30,109 nucleotides of DNA from a candidate division FCPU426 bacterium (GTDB taxonomy: Bacteria; Oederibacteriota; JAAXVQ01; JAUVAV01). A model generated the notes under the pieces. It was given only the letters and a program-made list of their open reading frames with translations. It was not told the DNA's origin and ran no database searches. Positions 9,107 through 18,342 of this stretch are shown here, piece by piece. The stretch covers positions 1 through 30,109 of the forward strand of contig DAOWGI010000019.1 in the NCBI GenBank assembly GCA_030637655.1. The letters are read 5' to 3'. Both the position numbers and the translations under genes were made by a program. Position 1 is the first letter of the stretch, and the number at the start of each line of letters is the position of its first letter.

Positions 9107-9409
9107 TTAAATAATGTAATCAACCGCTGCTTTGGCCTGCGCCACTTTTTTAATAAACTCAGCAACTTTAAGATGTTCAGGGTGTTTACGGTAAATATCC
9201 AGCTCAACCATGGTCCTGAATTCAGTGGAGAGTATGATGTCGTGGGTGGAATCGCGCGAAGGGATGTTGATCCCCACTTCCAAGCCGCGGATCTGATTAA
9301 TGCTTTCTTCCAACCCTTCCAACATCCGCCTCATTTTATCCATATTCCCTGCCTTGTTCCCACCCTCAGTTTCCTCTTTAAGTTGCCACATGACAATGTG
9401 CTTAATCAT
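9107..9409 (-). CDS. Dabb family (stress-responsive A/B barrel) protein
   Basis: MIKHIVMW...LEVGIN...YRKHPEHLKV...AAVDY. Likely ATG start at 9409. Confidence 0.9.
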   Translation of the reverse strand: MIKHIVMWQLKEETEGGNKAGNMDKMRRMLEGLEESINQIRGLEVGINIPSRDSTHDIILSTEFRTMVELDIYRKHPEHLKVAEFIKKVAQAKAAVDYII

Positions 9410-9439
9410 CCCCTTCACCTCATTTTTATATTTTACTCA

Positions 9440-11515
9440 TCATACACTTATTTTGTAGTTCAAATCCAGCATCTTGTCACTCTTTTTTTTATTTTGCCGA
9501 ATTTTTTGTCCCAGCAAAAGTATCCCCAAAATTATGACACCCACCAAATAAATCCAAAACTTGCCATACGGACCCAATGGCAGCCATGGCAGTACACAGG
9601 CCGGATGTAATAAAAATACGGTTGCTGCCATAAAGAAGGGAATTTCATACCACTTATTTTTAATAATAAACCATCCCTGTAAAAGTGAGGTGAAAGCAAA
9701 AGCTCCACCCACCGCCATCACAAATATCAACAAACCCTCAAACCAGTTATGCACTCCCAGCAATAACAAATCTGAATTGAACACAAAAAAGAAAGGTAAC
9801 AAAGCCGTGCGCAAATCATAATAAAAACCCTGCAATCCGGTTTGCACAGGATCGGATCCGGCAATGGCTGCCGCCGAATACGCCGCCAATCCGACCGGTG
9901 GCGTATCGTCTGCTAAAATACCAAAATAAAAACAAAACAAGTGCGCCGCCATGAGCGGAATCACCATCCCATAAATACCACCAACCTCAACAATGATCGG
10001 TGCTGTCAAAGAGGCCATGACAATATAATTGGCTGTGGTGGGCAATCCCATGCCCAGCATAAGGCTGGCCAGGGCCGTAATAATCAGCAACAGGAAAATA
10101 TTTCCCAAAGCCAGGACTTCCACGATTTGAGTAATCATACTTCCCAGCCCCATGCCCACTACCCCCACGATGATACCGGCAGCGGCAGTGGCCAAAGCCA
10201 CCCCAATCATATTTTTCGATCCCTGCATCATGCCCTGTCCAATAATCGTAATTGCTTTTTTCAATGCTAAAATAATGGATTCCTTCTTTTGCAGGGTCTT
10301 ACGAATTTCCTGATAAAAAATAATTGCGGTCAAAATACAAATCGCGTGAAAAGCCGCCATCTCGGTTGAATGCCGGAGAATCACCAATTCATAAATCAAG
10401 CTTCCCAAAGGAATAAAAAAATGAATGCCGGTTCTGAAAATTTTTATAAAGTTCGGTAATTCCCGGAGCGGAATTCCGCGCATCCCCAATTTGCAGGCTT
10501 CCAGATGCGTTAAAAAAAACAATGCTGAGTAAGCAACCAGCGCCGGTATAATCGCCGCTTTAACCACTTCCAGATACGGAACATTCACATATTCGGCAAT
10601 AATAAAAGCTGCCGCCCCCATAATGGGGGGCATGAGCTGGCCATTGGTGCTGGCTGCCACCTCAATGGCTGCCGCTTTTTTAGGTGGATACCCGGTTTTT
10701 TTCATTAAAGGAATAGTAAACGTTCCGGTAGTTACAATGTTAGCAATACTGGAACCGGAAACCATACCGGACAGTCCGCTGGATACCACTGCTGCTTTGG
10801 CCGGACCGCCCCTGAACCTGCCCAACATGGCAACCGCCAGCGTTGTAAAAAACTGTCCGGCCCCGGCTTTGTCCAACAGCGCTCCGAGCAGCACAAACAA
10901 GTACACGATGGTGGCGGATACACCTAATGGAATTCCAAAAATACCTTCTGAGGACAAGGCTATTTGATTAATGTATTTACTAAGTGATACACCTTTGGCT
11001 GAAAAAAGCTCCGGCATATACGGCGCAAAAAAGGCGTACAAAGAAATCAATAGTGCCATGACAGGCAAGGCCGGTCCTATGGCTCGTCGCGTGGCTTCAA
11101 ACAAGATAACCACTAACAATACTCCCATAAGTAAATCACGGTTCAGGAGATCACCCATACGTGTTGCCAGACCGGCAAAGTCAAAAACAACATACAAGGC
11201 CAGGACAATACCACAGCCTGCCAGGCAGTAATCCAGCAGCGGAATTGTATTGAAATTGGAGAGCCACTTCCATTTTATTGGACGACGAAGAACAGGATAA
11301 TTCAAGAACAATAAACACAAAGCAAAAGCCAGATGAATGGCCCTGACTTTGCTGCTGTCTAAAATGAGCCAACTGGCCAGCGAAAGTTGAAAACAGGCCC
11401 AGGCAATGGCCACCACGGCAACCAATATGCTTTCAAATTTGCCGAATTGACGGAGATAACCGGTCTCTTGCTGGAGAATTTGTTCGGCTTTTCGAGTTTG
11501 GCTATCCTGGTTCAC
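9440..11515 (-). CDS. TAXI-TRAP transporter fused 4TM/12TM permease
   Basis: GIFGIPLGVSA, RGGPAKAAVVSS, GSSIANIVTTGTFTIPLMK, GQLMPPIMGAAAF, GMGLPTTANY, ADDTPPVGLAAY. Confidence 0.93.
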   Translation of the reverse strand: MNQDSQTRKAEQILQQETGYLRQFGKFESILVAVVAIAWACFQLSLASWLILDSSKVRAIHLAFALCLLFLNYPVLRRPIKWKWLSNFNTIPLLDYCLAGCGIVLALYVVFDFAGLATRMGDLLNRDLLMGVLLVVILFEATRRAIGPALPVMALLISLYAFFAPYMPELFSAKGVSLSKYINQIALSSEGIFGIPLGVSATIVYLFVLLGALLDKAGAGQFFTTLAVAMLGRFRGGPAKAAVVSSGLSGMVSGSSIANIVTTGTFTIPLMKKTGYPPKKAAAIEVAASTNGQLMPPIMGAAAFIIAEYVNVPYLEVVKAAIIPALVAYSALFFLTHLEACKLGMRGIPLRELPNFIKIFRTGIHFFIPLGSLIYELVILRHSTEMAAFHAICILTAIIFYQEIRKTLQKKESIILALKKAITIIGQGMMQGSKNMIGVALATAAAGIIVGVVGMGLGSMITQIVEVLALGNIFLLLIITALASLMLGMGLPTTANYIVMASLTAPIIVEVGGIYGMVIPLMAAHLFCFYFGILADDTPPVGLAAYSAAAIAGSDPVQTGLQGFYYDLRTALLPFFFVFNSDLLLLGVHNWFEGLLIFVMAVGGAFAFTSLLQGWFIIKNKWYEIPFFMAATVFLLHPACVLPWLPLGPYGKFWIYLVGVIILGILLLGQKIRQNKKKSDKMLDLNYKISV

Positions 11516-11528
11516 TATTCATCCAAGC

Positions 11529-11586
11529 GCAGGAGCGGGTTTGCTTGTCCTCTGAAGCCTTGGCGAAGGAGGAAAACCCATCCCAC
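11529..11586. repeat. Degenerate GTAG-type REP with an inserted TCCTC..GCCTTGGC..GAGGA hairpin module
   Basis: GCAGGAGCGGGTTT-[GCTTGTCCTCTGAAGCCTTGGCGAAGGAGGA]-AAACCCATCCCAC. Confidence 0.6.
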
Positions 11587-11589
11587 AAT

Positions 11590-12582
11590 TTATTTGATGA
11601 TTAATTGGGGATCAATGTATTGAGCCAGTCCGTTTTCCTGATAATATTTCAAGGCTCCCGGATGTATGGGCGCGGATAAGCCTTGCAGCATATTCTCGCG
11701 GGTCACGACTTGATAAGCCGGATGCATCCTTTTAAAATCATCCAGATGGTCAAACACTTCTTTGGTGATAGCATACGCTACAGCATCATCCAGGCCGGCG
11801 GATGCCACCAAAGTCGCTTTCACTCCAAAGGTCTGAACATCTGTTTTGTTTTCCGCATTGGGATACATCTCAATGGGAATCACGGATTTGGCATAATAGG
11901 GATATTGTTGCAGCAAAATATCGATGGGATCACCGGCAAGGTCCAATATCCGGACTTTGATCCGGCCGGAAGTGGCTTCTTTAATATTCCCGGCCGGATG
12001 ACCTACTGTATAAAAAAAAGCATCCAGGCGTTCGTCTTGCAATAATCCCGGAGCTTCTACTGCTTTGACATATTCGGGGTTTAAATCTTTTTCCGAAAGA
12101 CCAAAAGCCTTAATTGCATCTTTGGAGTTCTGTAATTGCCCTGAACCCGGATTTCCCAAATTCACGCGTTTGTCTTTTAAATCTGTCACGGTTTTAATAT
12201 TACTTTTCGCAGAAACCACCAAGGTGATGGATTCCGGATGAATGGAAAATAAGGAACGTAATTTGGTCTGCGCACCTTTTTTCGCCCATTCAGCTTTACC
12301 ATGATAGGCTTGATACTGCCGGTCTGACTGCGCTACCCCAAATTCCAGGTCCCCGGAAAGTACGGCATTGATGTTATAGACCGACCCAGCCGTGGATTCC
12401 ACTGTGGCCCGGATTTTGTACTCCGCGGATTTTTGGTTCAGCATGCGGGATATGGCGCCCCCGGTCGGATAATACACACCGGTTACTCCCCCAGTGCCAA
12501 TAGTCACATAGGTTAACGGCGCTTTGGTTTGGCACCCGAATAGAAAAAAGCTTCCCACCAGCAGTATACTCAGTCGTTTCAT
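11590..12582 (-). CDS. TAXI family TRAP solute-binding lipoprotein
   Basis: Lipobox LFGC; TIGTGGVTGVYYP, ESTAGSVYN, AQSD, GNPGSG, PIHPGALKYY. Confidence 0.93.
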   Translation of the reverse strand: MKRLSILLVGSFFLFGCQTKAPLTYVTIGTGGVTGVYYPTGGAISRMLNQKSAEYKIRATVESTAGSVYNINAVLSGDLEFGVAQSDRQYQAYHGKAEWAKKGAQTKLRSLFSIHPESITLVVSAKSNIKTVTDLKDKRVNLGNPGSGQLQNSKDAIKAFGLSEKDLNPEYVKAVEAPGLLQDERLDAFFYTVGHPAGNIKEATSGRIKVRILDLAGDPIDILLQQYPYYAKSVIPIEMYPNAENKTDVQTFGVKATLVASAGLDDAVAYAITKEVFDHLDDFKRMHPAYQVVTRENMLQGLSAPIHPGALKYYQENGLAQYIDPQLIIK

Positions 12583-12688
12583 GTCTTCCTCCTATGTAAG
12601 TATGAAAGGTATGATACGCGAAATTTCAAAACCAAGCAAGCGGATCTTAGTTGAAATGTCAGGCCGCAAGCGTAGTACCCCTATGTAT

Positions 12689-14620
12689 TTATTCCATTTT
12701 TTTTATTTTTTCCTCATAATATTTTACTTTCACATCATGCTCATGATGGGCTTTTTCCAATTCCACATATAAAAAATCCACCTGAGATTGCAGTTGCCGG
12801 TTTTTTTTGGGCAATTCGGCAATGGCGGCCACATCCCCGGTTTCTGAAGCTGCAATTAAAAACTGATTATTTTTACTGATTTCCGCTTCCACATTTTCAA
12901 TCATCTTCTCTACCTCATGTACGCGTACTGCCAATGGACGCATAACCCTGGATTTTTCCTGAGTCCATCCGGCTCGTGCCTGGCGCTGGGCCTTGGTTGG
13001 TGGCAAGGCAGATTTGCTGCCAAAGGGAATCCCATTCGTAGGGAACGGTCGCGACCGTTCCCTACATCCATTCCGGTCAGGGGAACCTGCCCCTACGGTT
13101 TGGTTTTCTATTGTAATCTCTTTTTGGATTTCCTCGTTTTCCCAGCCAATATCATCCAGAAAATTTTGGTATCTGCCATGATAAAAAAGTACCCGGTCTC
13201 GATCAAAAATGATTAATTTTTCTGCCAGAGTATGCAAAAATATTTCATCATGCGTTACGAAAATCACGGATCCCTCATACTGCTGCAGGGCCTCAAGCAA
13301 AGATTCACAGCTTTCCATATCCAAATGATTGGTCGGCTCATCCAGGAGCAAGAGATTGCTGGGTGTGAGCAACAATTTTCCCAACAAGACCCGGCTTTTT
13401 TCTCCACCGGAAAGCACCCTTATCTTTTTAAGCGCCTGATCCCCGGAAAAAAGCATAACACCGCCAATGGTACGGGCACGTTCCCGGCTGCGCCTGGGAT
13501 CAGCCATGATCAATTCATCTTCTATGGTATTCTCCGGATTAAAACGCAGGATATTGGTCTGACCAAAATAGCCGGTTTCCAATCGCGCGTGTTTTTTCAG
13601 TTCACCTTCCAGAGGTTTTAATTCCTCGGCCAGCACGCGCAGCAGGGTAGACTTGCCTTTACCGTTTTTTCCGACAATGGCAATGCGCTCTTTGGTTCCC
13701 AGAACAAAATTCAAAGCCTCAATTAACCAGGGTTTCTTTGGGTGGTAATGAAATCCAAGATTTTCCACCTGGAGCATTTGCTGCCCGGGAAATGCAGCAT
13801 AAGAAAACCTGAACTCTATTTCCTCCAATTTTTCCAACTGCTCGATTTTCTGTTTTTTCTCTAAGCTTTTAATACGGGATTGCACCATGCCGGCCAAACG
13901 TGCTTTGGCCCGGAAGCGCCGGATAAACAATTCGGTCTCTTTCCGGCGTTTCTCCTCGTGGGAGCGTGTTTTTTCCTGTATTTCTTCTTCCTGCCAGATT
14001 TGTTGGTACAATTTGCCGGTGTTGCCCTGGATTTTACGTACTTTGCCGCGGTGAATGGCCATGGTGTGCGTAGTCACGCTATCCATAAACTGTCGGTCAT
14101 GCGTGATCAACATAAATTCCCTTTTCCAGGTTCTGAGAAATTTTTCCAGCCAGCGGATGGAAACAATATCCAAATAATTGGTGGGTTCATCCAAAAGCAG
14201 CAAATCCGGTTCAAAAACCAGGGTTTTCGTCAAATTCAAGCGTATCTGGAAGCCTCCGGAGAATTCCTGAGGTGAGCGCTGCATATCCTTGGAGGTAAAA
14301 CCCAGACCAAAGAGGATTTTTTCAACCCGCCAATGATCATATTCTTGTTCCAACGGCAATCCCTGACAAGCCTCTTCCAATATCGTCGCCTTGGTAAAAT
14401 GCAGATGCTGCCGCAAATAACCTATACTGTAGTTTTTAGGAATTCCGATCTTACCTGAATCAGTTTCTTCCAACCCCAGTAATAGCCTAAAGAGCGTGGT
14501 CTTACCACTGCCATTGCGTCCAACCAGTCCAATGTGCTCCCCTTCATTGATATTAAAGCTAACCCGGTCAAACAGAGTTTGAGCGCTATAGGCTTTACTG
14601 ACTTCAAAGACTTTAAGCAT
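12689..14620 (-). CDS. ABC-F family ATPase (Uup/YheS-like) with C-terminal coiled coil
   Basis: Two ABC domains (GRNGSGKTT/FSGG/LLLDEPTNYLD and GKNGKGKST/LSGGE/LLLDEPTNHLD), no TM segments. Confidence 0.93.
   Translation of the reverse strand: MLKVFEVSKAYSAQTLFDRVSFNINEGEHIGLVGRNGSGKTTLFRLLLGLEETDSGKIGIPKNYSIGYLRQHLHFTKATILEEACQGLPLEQEYDHWRVEKILFGLGFTSKDMQRSPQEFSGGFQIRLNLTKTLVFEPDLLLLDEPTNYLDIVSIRWLEKFLRTWKREFMLITHDRQFMDSVTTHTMAIHRGKVRKIQGNTGKLYQQIWQEEEIQEKTRSHEEKRRKETELFIRRFRAKARLAGMVQSRIKSLEKKQKIEQLEKLEEIEFRFSYAAFPGQQMLQVENLGFHYHPKKPWLIEALNFVLGTKERIAIVGKNGKGKSTLLRVLAEELKPLEGELKKHARLETGYFGQTNILRFNPENTIEDELIMADPRRSRERARTIGGVMLFSGDQALKKIRVLSGGEKSRVLLGKLLLTPSNLLLLDEPTNHLDMESCESLLEALQQYEGSVIFVTHDEIFLHTLAEKLIIFDRDRVLFYHGRYQNFLDDIGWENEEIQKEITIENQTVGAGSPDRNGCRERSRPFPTNGIPFGSKSALPPTKAQRQARAGWTQEKSRVMRPLAVRVHEVEKMIENVEAEISKNNQFLIAASETGDVAAIAELPKKNRQLQSQVDFLYVELEKAHHEHDVKVKYYEEKIKKME
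13019..13096. repeat. GTAG-type REP composite inserted in frame in the ABC-F gene
   Basis: Perfect 28-bp palindrome GTAGGGAACGGTCGCGACCGTTCCCTAC (13038-13065) plus a CCTGCCCCTAC half. 13020-13074 matches 16336-16390 at 52/55 nt. Confidence 0.9.
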
Positions 14621-14749
14621 AAACTATTCCTTTACTGCCTACGAAGGTAGTGCCATGTATTGATGATGCTGGATAGACAGAGATTTTCCAAAGAGACTTC
14701 ATTCAGCCGGCATTTGGAATTCAACACTGCTGTATTTCGGTCTTTCAGG

Positions 14750-14784
14750 TTTTCATTCCCGAATGCTTTTATCGGAAATGAAAA
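14750..14784. repeat. Hairpin related to the 25455 repeat family
   Basis: TTTTCATTCCCGAATGCTTTTATCGGAAATGAAAA resembles TCATTCCCGAA...ATCGG at 25457. Confidence 0.5.
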
Positions 14785-14994
14785 AACGTATTAAATGCTC
14801 AAACTTCTAGTGTAGTGTAACAGTAATATCTTTACAGACGTCACCCCTTAATAGAATTTCAGAAGCCCAACACTAGTATACTGCAAAAACGGAACAAGAA
14901 CAACCTCTCTACTTTAAATCCGTTTTTTTAGTAAAAATTATTCCTAATCTGCCGATATTTATTATATATTGGTAAAGAAAGGCGGGCCTTTGTC

Positions 14995-15363
14995 ATGGAT
15001 CTGAAAACACTCTTGGAACCCTGTAAAGTATTGGAAATTCTGGAAGAACGTGAGATGAGCCGGGACCAAATCAATGTCGTCATTAATACTCAAGATTCTG
15101 CCAAGTGGTCTGCCGGCCTGGAACAATCCTTAGGCCCGGCACTCAAGCCGGCTGGTGAATCCCCCTCGAATTTAGCCAAAAAAGCAGCCAATGAATTCGG
15201 TGGAATCCGGAGAGAACAGACGCTTTTTGTTAAAAACATCGATGAATATTCCGTGGTGGCTATGTTCTGGCCCTGGCAGAATGACAAACATACGACCTTG
15301 AAGATCTTTAAATCCCCGCAAATTGACCTGACCGAGAAAAAGAATAAATTCCTTTTCTTTTAA
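14995..15363 (+). CDS. Hypothetical protein (122 aa)
   Basis: ATG with AGAAAGG RBS; globular composition (GGIRREQTLF, AMFWPW). No family recognised. Confidence 0.75.
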   Translation: MDLKTLLEPCKVLEILEEREMSRDQINVVINTQDSAKWSAGLEQSLGPALKPAGESPSNLAKKAANEFGGIRREQTLFVKNIDEYSVVAMFWPWQNDKHTTLKIFKSPQIDLTEKKNKFLFF

Positions 15364-16106
15364 AACTTTTTGCAAATACAACCGTAGGGGCGCACTGCAG
15401 TTAGATATTTTTTAACTATATGTATGTTTTCAGAACCCACAGCATCAATGCTCAAACGGTAATCTTCATTACAGTGGATATGCACATCACACCAATTTTT
15501 ACTTTCCTTCCCGTATTGCGGAAATTCGATGAGATTGCTGTGCAAAAAGGTCGCAATCGCCTTTTCCGGAGTATACCCTTTATTTTCTACATCACGAGTG
15601 ATGCGCGTGTTCAACTGAGTCGTCCAGTGCGAATCTATAAATATCGCGAAATCAATATGTGCTCTGAATTCTTGATAAGTCGAGATCTCCCCTTCCACCA
15701 CCACAAAGCGTTGGGGCATAAAATGCGTATATTCATGAATCTGTCCCCGCGCTAAGCAATAACAGGGTTTATCAATCGCACGCTTATCCCGCAAATAGCT
15801 CAAGTGGGTTCTAATCAGATCCATTTCATTGGCATCCGGATGCGGGCCGAATATATTTTTGTGTTTGCGCTCTTGACGGGGAGTCTTGTAATCATCCAAG
15901 GAGAGAACCACAGCCTCGCTCAATTCTGCGGCCAGTTGTCCGGCAAAGGTGGTCTTACCTATTCCTCCCGGTCCTCCCACAGCAATGAGAACTGGTCCTG
16001 ATTCGGCCCGGTACTTTTCCAGCAGTGTTCCGGCAATGACCTGGTGCGGAATATGTTCCTGTTCCTGAGAAGTATTTAATTTAATATGTTTATTCTGACT
16101 GCGCAT
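15360..16106 (-). CDS. Uridine kinase/phosphoribulokinase-like P-loop kinase
   Basis: IAVGGPGGIGKTT, LSLDDY, HPDA, VVVEG, RITRD..KGY. Confidence 0.8.
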   Translation of the reverse strand: MRSQNKHIKLNTSQEQEHIPHQVIAGTLLEKYRAESGPVLIAVGGPGGIGKTTFAGQLAAELSEAVVLSLDDYKTPRQERKHKNIFGPHPDANEMDLIRTHLSYLRDKRAIDKPCYCLARGQIHEYTHFMPQRFVVVEGEISTYQEFRAHIDFAIFIDSHWTTQLNTRITRDVENKGYTPEKAIATFLHSNLIEFPQYGKESKNWCDVHIHCNEDYRLSIDAVGSENIHIVKKYLTAVRPYGCICKKF

Positions 16107-16335
16107 ATTGCTTTCCTTATATTTATTGTGCTGTATTTAGAAACTCCCGAAACCACGGTGGATTCACAAGAATAATATAGACCAGAAATATTGCCGTCAA
16201 TGGCAGAAAAAATATTATTCCATCCAACAACAGAAGACCACAGGCGATCAGAAGACGTTTAGTAAATGACATTTTTCCCTTCTGTCCTTTCCAGCGCCTA
16301 ACGTATTACAATAGCGCGCCGTGTAGTAGTCGCAA

Positions 16336-16411
16336 CCGAAGGGAATCCCACTCGTAGGGAACGGTCGCGACCGTTCCCTACATGCATTCCTGTTGGGCGA
16401 CCGTTCCCTAC
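16336..16411. repeat. GTAG-type REP composite (intergenic copy)
   Basis: Same 28-bp palindrome (16354-16381) plus a second GCGACCGTTCCCTAC half, 45 bp beyond the GIY-YIG stop. Confidence 0.9.
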
Positions 16412-16456
16412 GAAAAAATATAGGAACACGTAACAAGTGGCTATCCCATGCTTTTT

Positions 16457-16696
16457 TCATTTAATCAACGCCTTTTTTTGATCGTGCGTCAATCGCTTAA
16501 TCTCAATTTCCCGCTGCATAGCAAGACGTTTGGTGGGATATTTTTCTTGATAGACCAGTTTGAAAGGACGGCGTGAATGGACATACTTAGAACCTCGGCC
16601 AGTTTGATGCACAGCCAGGCGTTTTTGAATGTCCGGAGTATAACCGGTGTAATAGGATTTATCAGAACATTGGAGAATATAGATGAAATAAGACAT
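16457..16696 (-). CDS. Small GIY-YIG nuclease (UPF0213/YhbQ-like)
   Basis: YFIYILQCSDKSYYTGYT..R...H..GRGSKY..RRP...AMQRE. Likely ATG start at 16696. Confidence 0.9.
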   Translation of the reverse strand: MSYFIYILQCSDKSYYTGYTPDIQKRLAVHQTGRGSKYVHSRRPFKLVYQEKYPTKRLAMQREIEIKRLTHDQKKALIK

Positions 16697-16722
16697 GGAT
16701 TTATAAATCCTTAAAATCTTGA

Positions 16723-17370
16723 TCAGGAGAACAGGCAATCAGGTGACCGCAGGTTTTCACGTTCTAATTCCTTGAATTTCTTATATTCTGCTGGTGTCAT
16801 ATCAAAAGTAGCCTTGGAAATCTCAGCTGTCAATATAGCATAATCTTTTTCTTCCTGCACTCCCCTCTTTTGCCATTCATTGGTAAGTTCGTCCCGAATA
16901 GCAATCCCACGCATACGCTTCTCAATCCAGGCGTCTGAATAGCCCTTGGCCTTGTATATTGCCCTGGTGCGTTTAGAAGCGATCTCCGGGTCTTCGATCT
17001 CCTGTACTCGCTCATAACCCACTTTAGCCAGCCAGCGTTTGAATGGTTCGGTCTTGGATGAAGGAATTGATTGGATGATGCGGAACAGACCTTCGGTATT
17101 AGCACAGTCTGTTTCACGCATTTTTCCATCCGGCGCTTCCAATTTCAACCCGTGACAAAATGTCACGACTTCACTTCCCTCCTCTGACAACCTTTGTTTT
17201 AACTTTCGCCAATACGCACCTGCATCATGACTGTCCGTTAGAACACCACAGACATCCACCACCGAAAACCACCATTCATCATTGTGTATAATTCTTCGTA
17301 TTTTCTTGTCTTTAAAAACAACCAGTTTCGAGGACTCTACGTTTTCTTTAATTTTCTTATCTTTTTTCAT
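16723..17370 (-). pseudogene. BRO-N domain (antirepressor-like) protein, probably C-terminally truncated
   Basis: KIRR..WWFSVVDV..YWRKLKQRL..LKL.APDGKMRETD..IQSIPS.K.EPFK.WLA. Similarity to the family as I recall it stops at ENLR, followed by SPDCLFS*. Confidence 0.7.
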
Positions 17371-17411
17371 CCTTAATCCTTTCTATATTAAATTTGGTGA
17401 TAATAAAACCA

Positions 17412-17881
17412 CCCTATTTAATATAGACAGTAAATTGCTGATTTCCTTGCACATAAAATTCATTTTTTAAAAGTGCACTTAGTACGACACCACTTTTACA
17501 GTCATTTTCAAGACCATTTAAGGTTTTCAAATTTATCGACCCATCCCTTCATCTTTCCAAAACCGCCAAAGGTAATATCTTTTTCAGTATTCTCCAACAC
17601 CTCTTTAAAATTGGCAAAGAAATTGTCAACACGATACTTCGTTGCTATCGCATGCCCATTTTTTCAGCGATAGTGACCTCAAGCCCAAGGGCAAATTAAC
17701 TATTCAGGACAGCCGGAGTGGCTGAATATTTAAACTTCAATAATGCTACATGGTTTTCACCATTGTAATGGCCGACATCAAATAGGCCGGTATTTTTGTC
17801 TATAAGTTGTATACTTTTAGCATAGCTAAGATGATAGCATTTCCCTTTATTATTATACGGATTCGTTTTTAAGACAATCAT
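17412..17881 (-). pseudogene. AT-rich degraded ORF fragments
   Basis: Successive minus-strand stretches (MIVLKTNPY..., KNGHAIATKYRVDNFFANFKEV..., ENDCKSGVVLSALLKNEFYVQG...) broken by stops and frameshifts. Confidence 0.35.
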
Positions 17882-17939
17882 TCTTCTAAAAAGATGGGGA
17901 TTAAAATAAGGAGAGCTTATCGCCTGAGTGGTTCAAAAA

Positions 17940-18224
17940 TTAATCCGAACGAGTCCTGGAAAGTTTTTTTAAAAGCTTGCTATCTCCGCGAATCAACGCT
18001 TCTTTTTTTGCCTTTGACCAGCGTTTAATTTGTTTCTCGCGTTTTATAGCATCCGATTTGTTGTTTGTAAATTCTTGGAAAGCAAAGGTAATAGGACGCC
18101 GTACCGCTGTATATACAGCTCCTCTACTGGAATTGTGCAGGGAAATTCTCTTTTTCAGATCTTCAGTATGTCCGATGTAGTAAGATCCATCAGAACATTG
18201 CAATATGTAAACGTACCAATTCAT
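17940..18224 (-). CDS. Small GIY-YIG nuclease (UPF0213/YhbQ-like)
   Basis: WYVYILQCSDGSYYIGHT.DL..R...HN..RGA.YT..RRP...AIKREKQIKRWSKAKKEALI. Confidence 0.92.
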   Translation of the reverse strand: MNWYVYILQCSDGSYYIGHTEDLKKRISLHNSSRGAVYTAVRRPITFAFQEFTNNKSDAIKREKQIKRWSKAKKEALIRGDSKLLKKLSRTRSD

Positions 18225-18229
18225 AACCG

Positions 18230-18342
18230 CCCTTCGACTTACTTCGTTCGCTCAGGACACCATCCGGCTCGTTTTGCTTGTTTCTGTCAAGCTGCGTGGC
18301 CTGCCATGAGCGAACCCCAAGCTTACCATGGGGCGAGTCGAA
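18230..18342 (-). repeat. TTCGACT/CGCTCA-type inverted repeat joining the tmRNA 3' end to the GIY-YIG gene
   Basis: TTCGACT..GTTCGCTCA (18233-18254) is complementary to TGAGCGAAC..AGTCGAA (18307-18342). Confidence 0.75.

Noticed and set aside
14632-14727. Leader peptide upstream of ABC-F (GTG start, ending WHYLRRQ*)
   Set aside because: No RBS and no attenuator structure visible.
16248-16460. 70-aa ORF sharing RERSRPFPT with ABC-F
   Set aside because: The similarity comes from translating the DNA palindrome.
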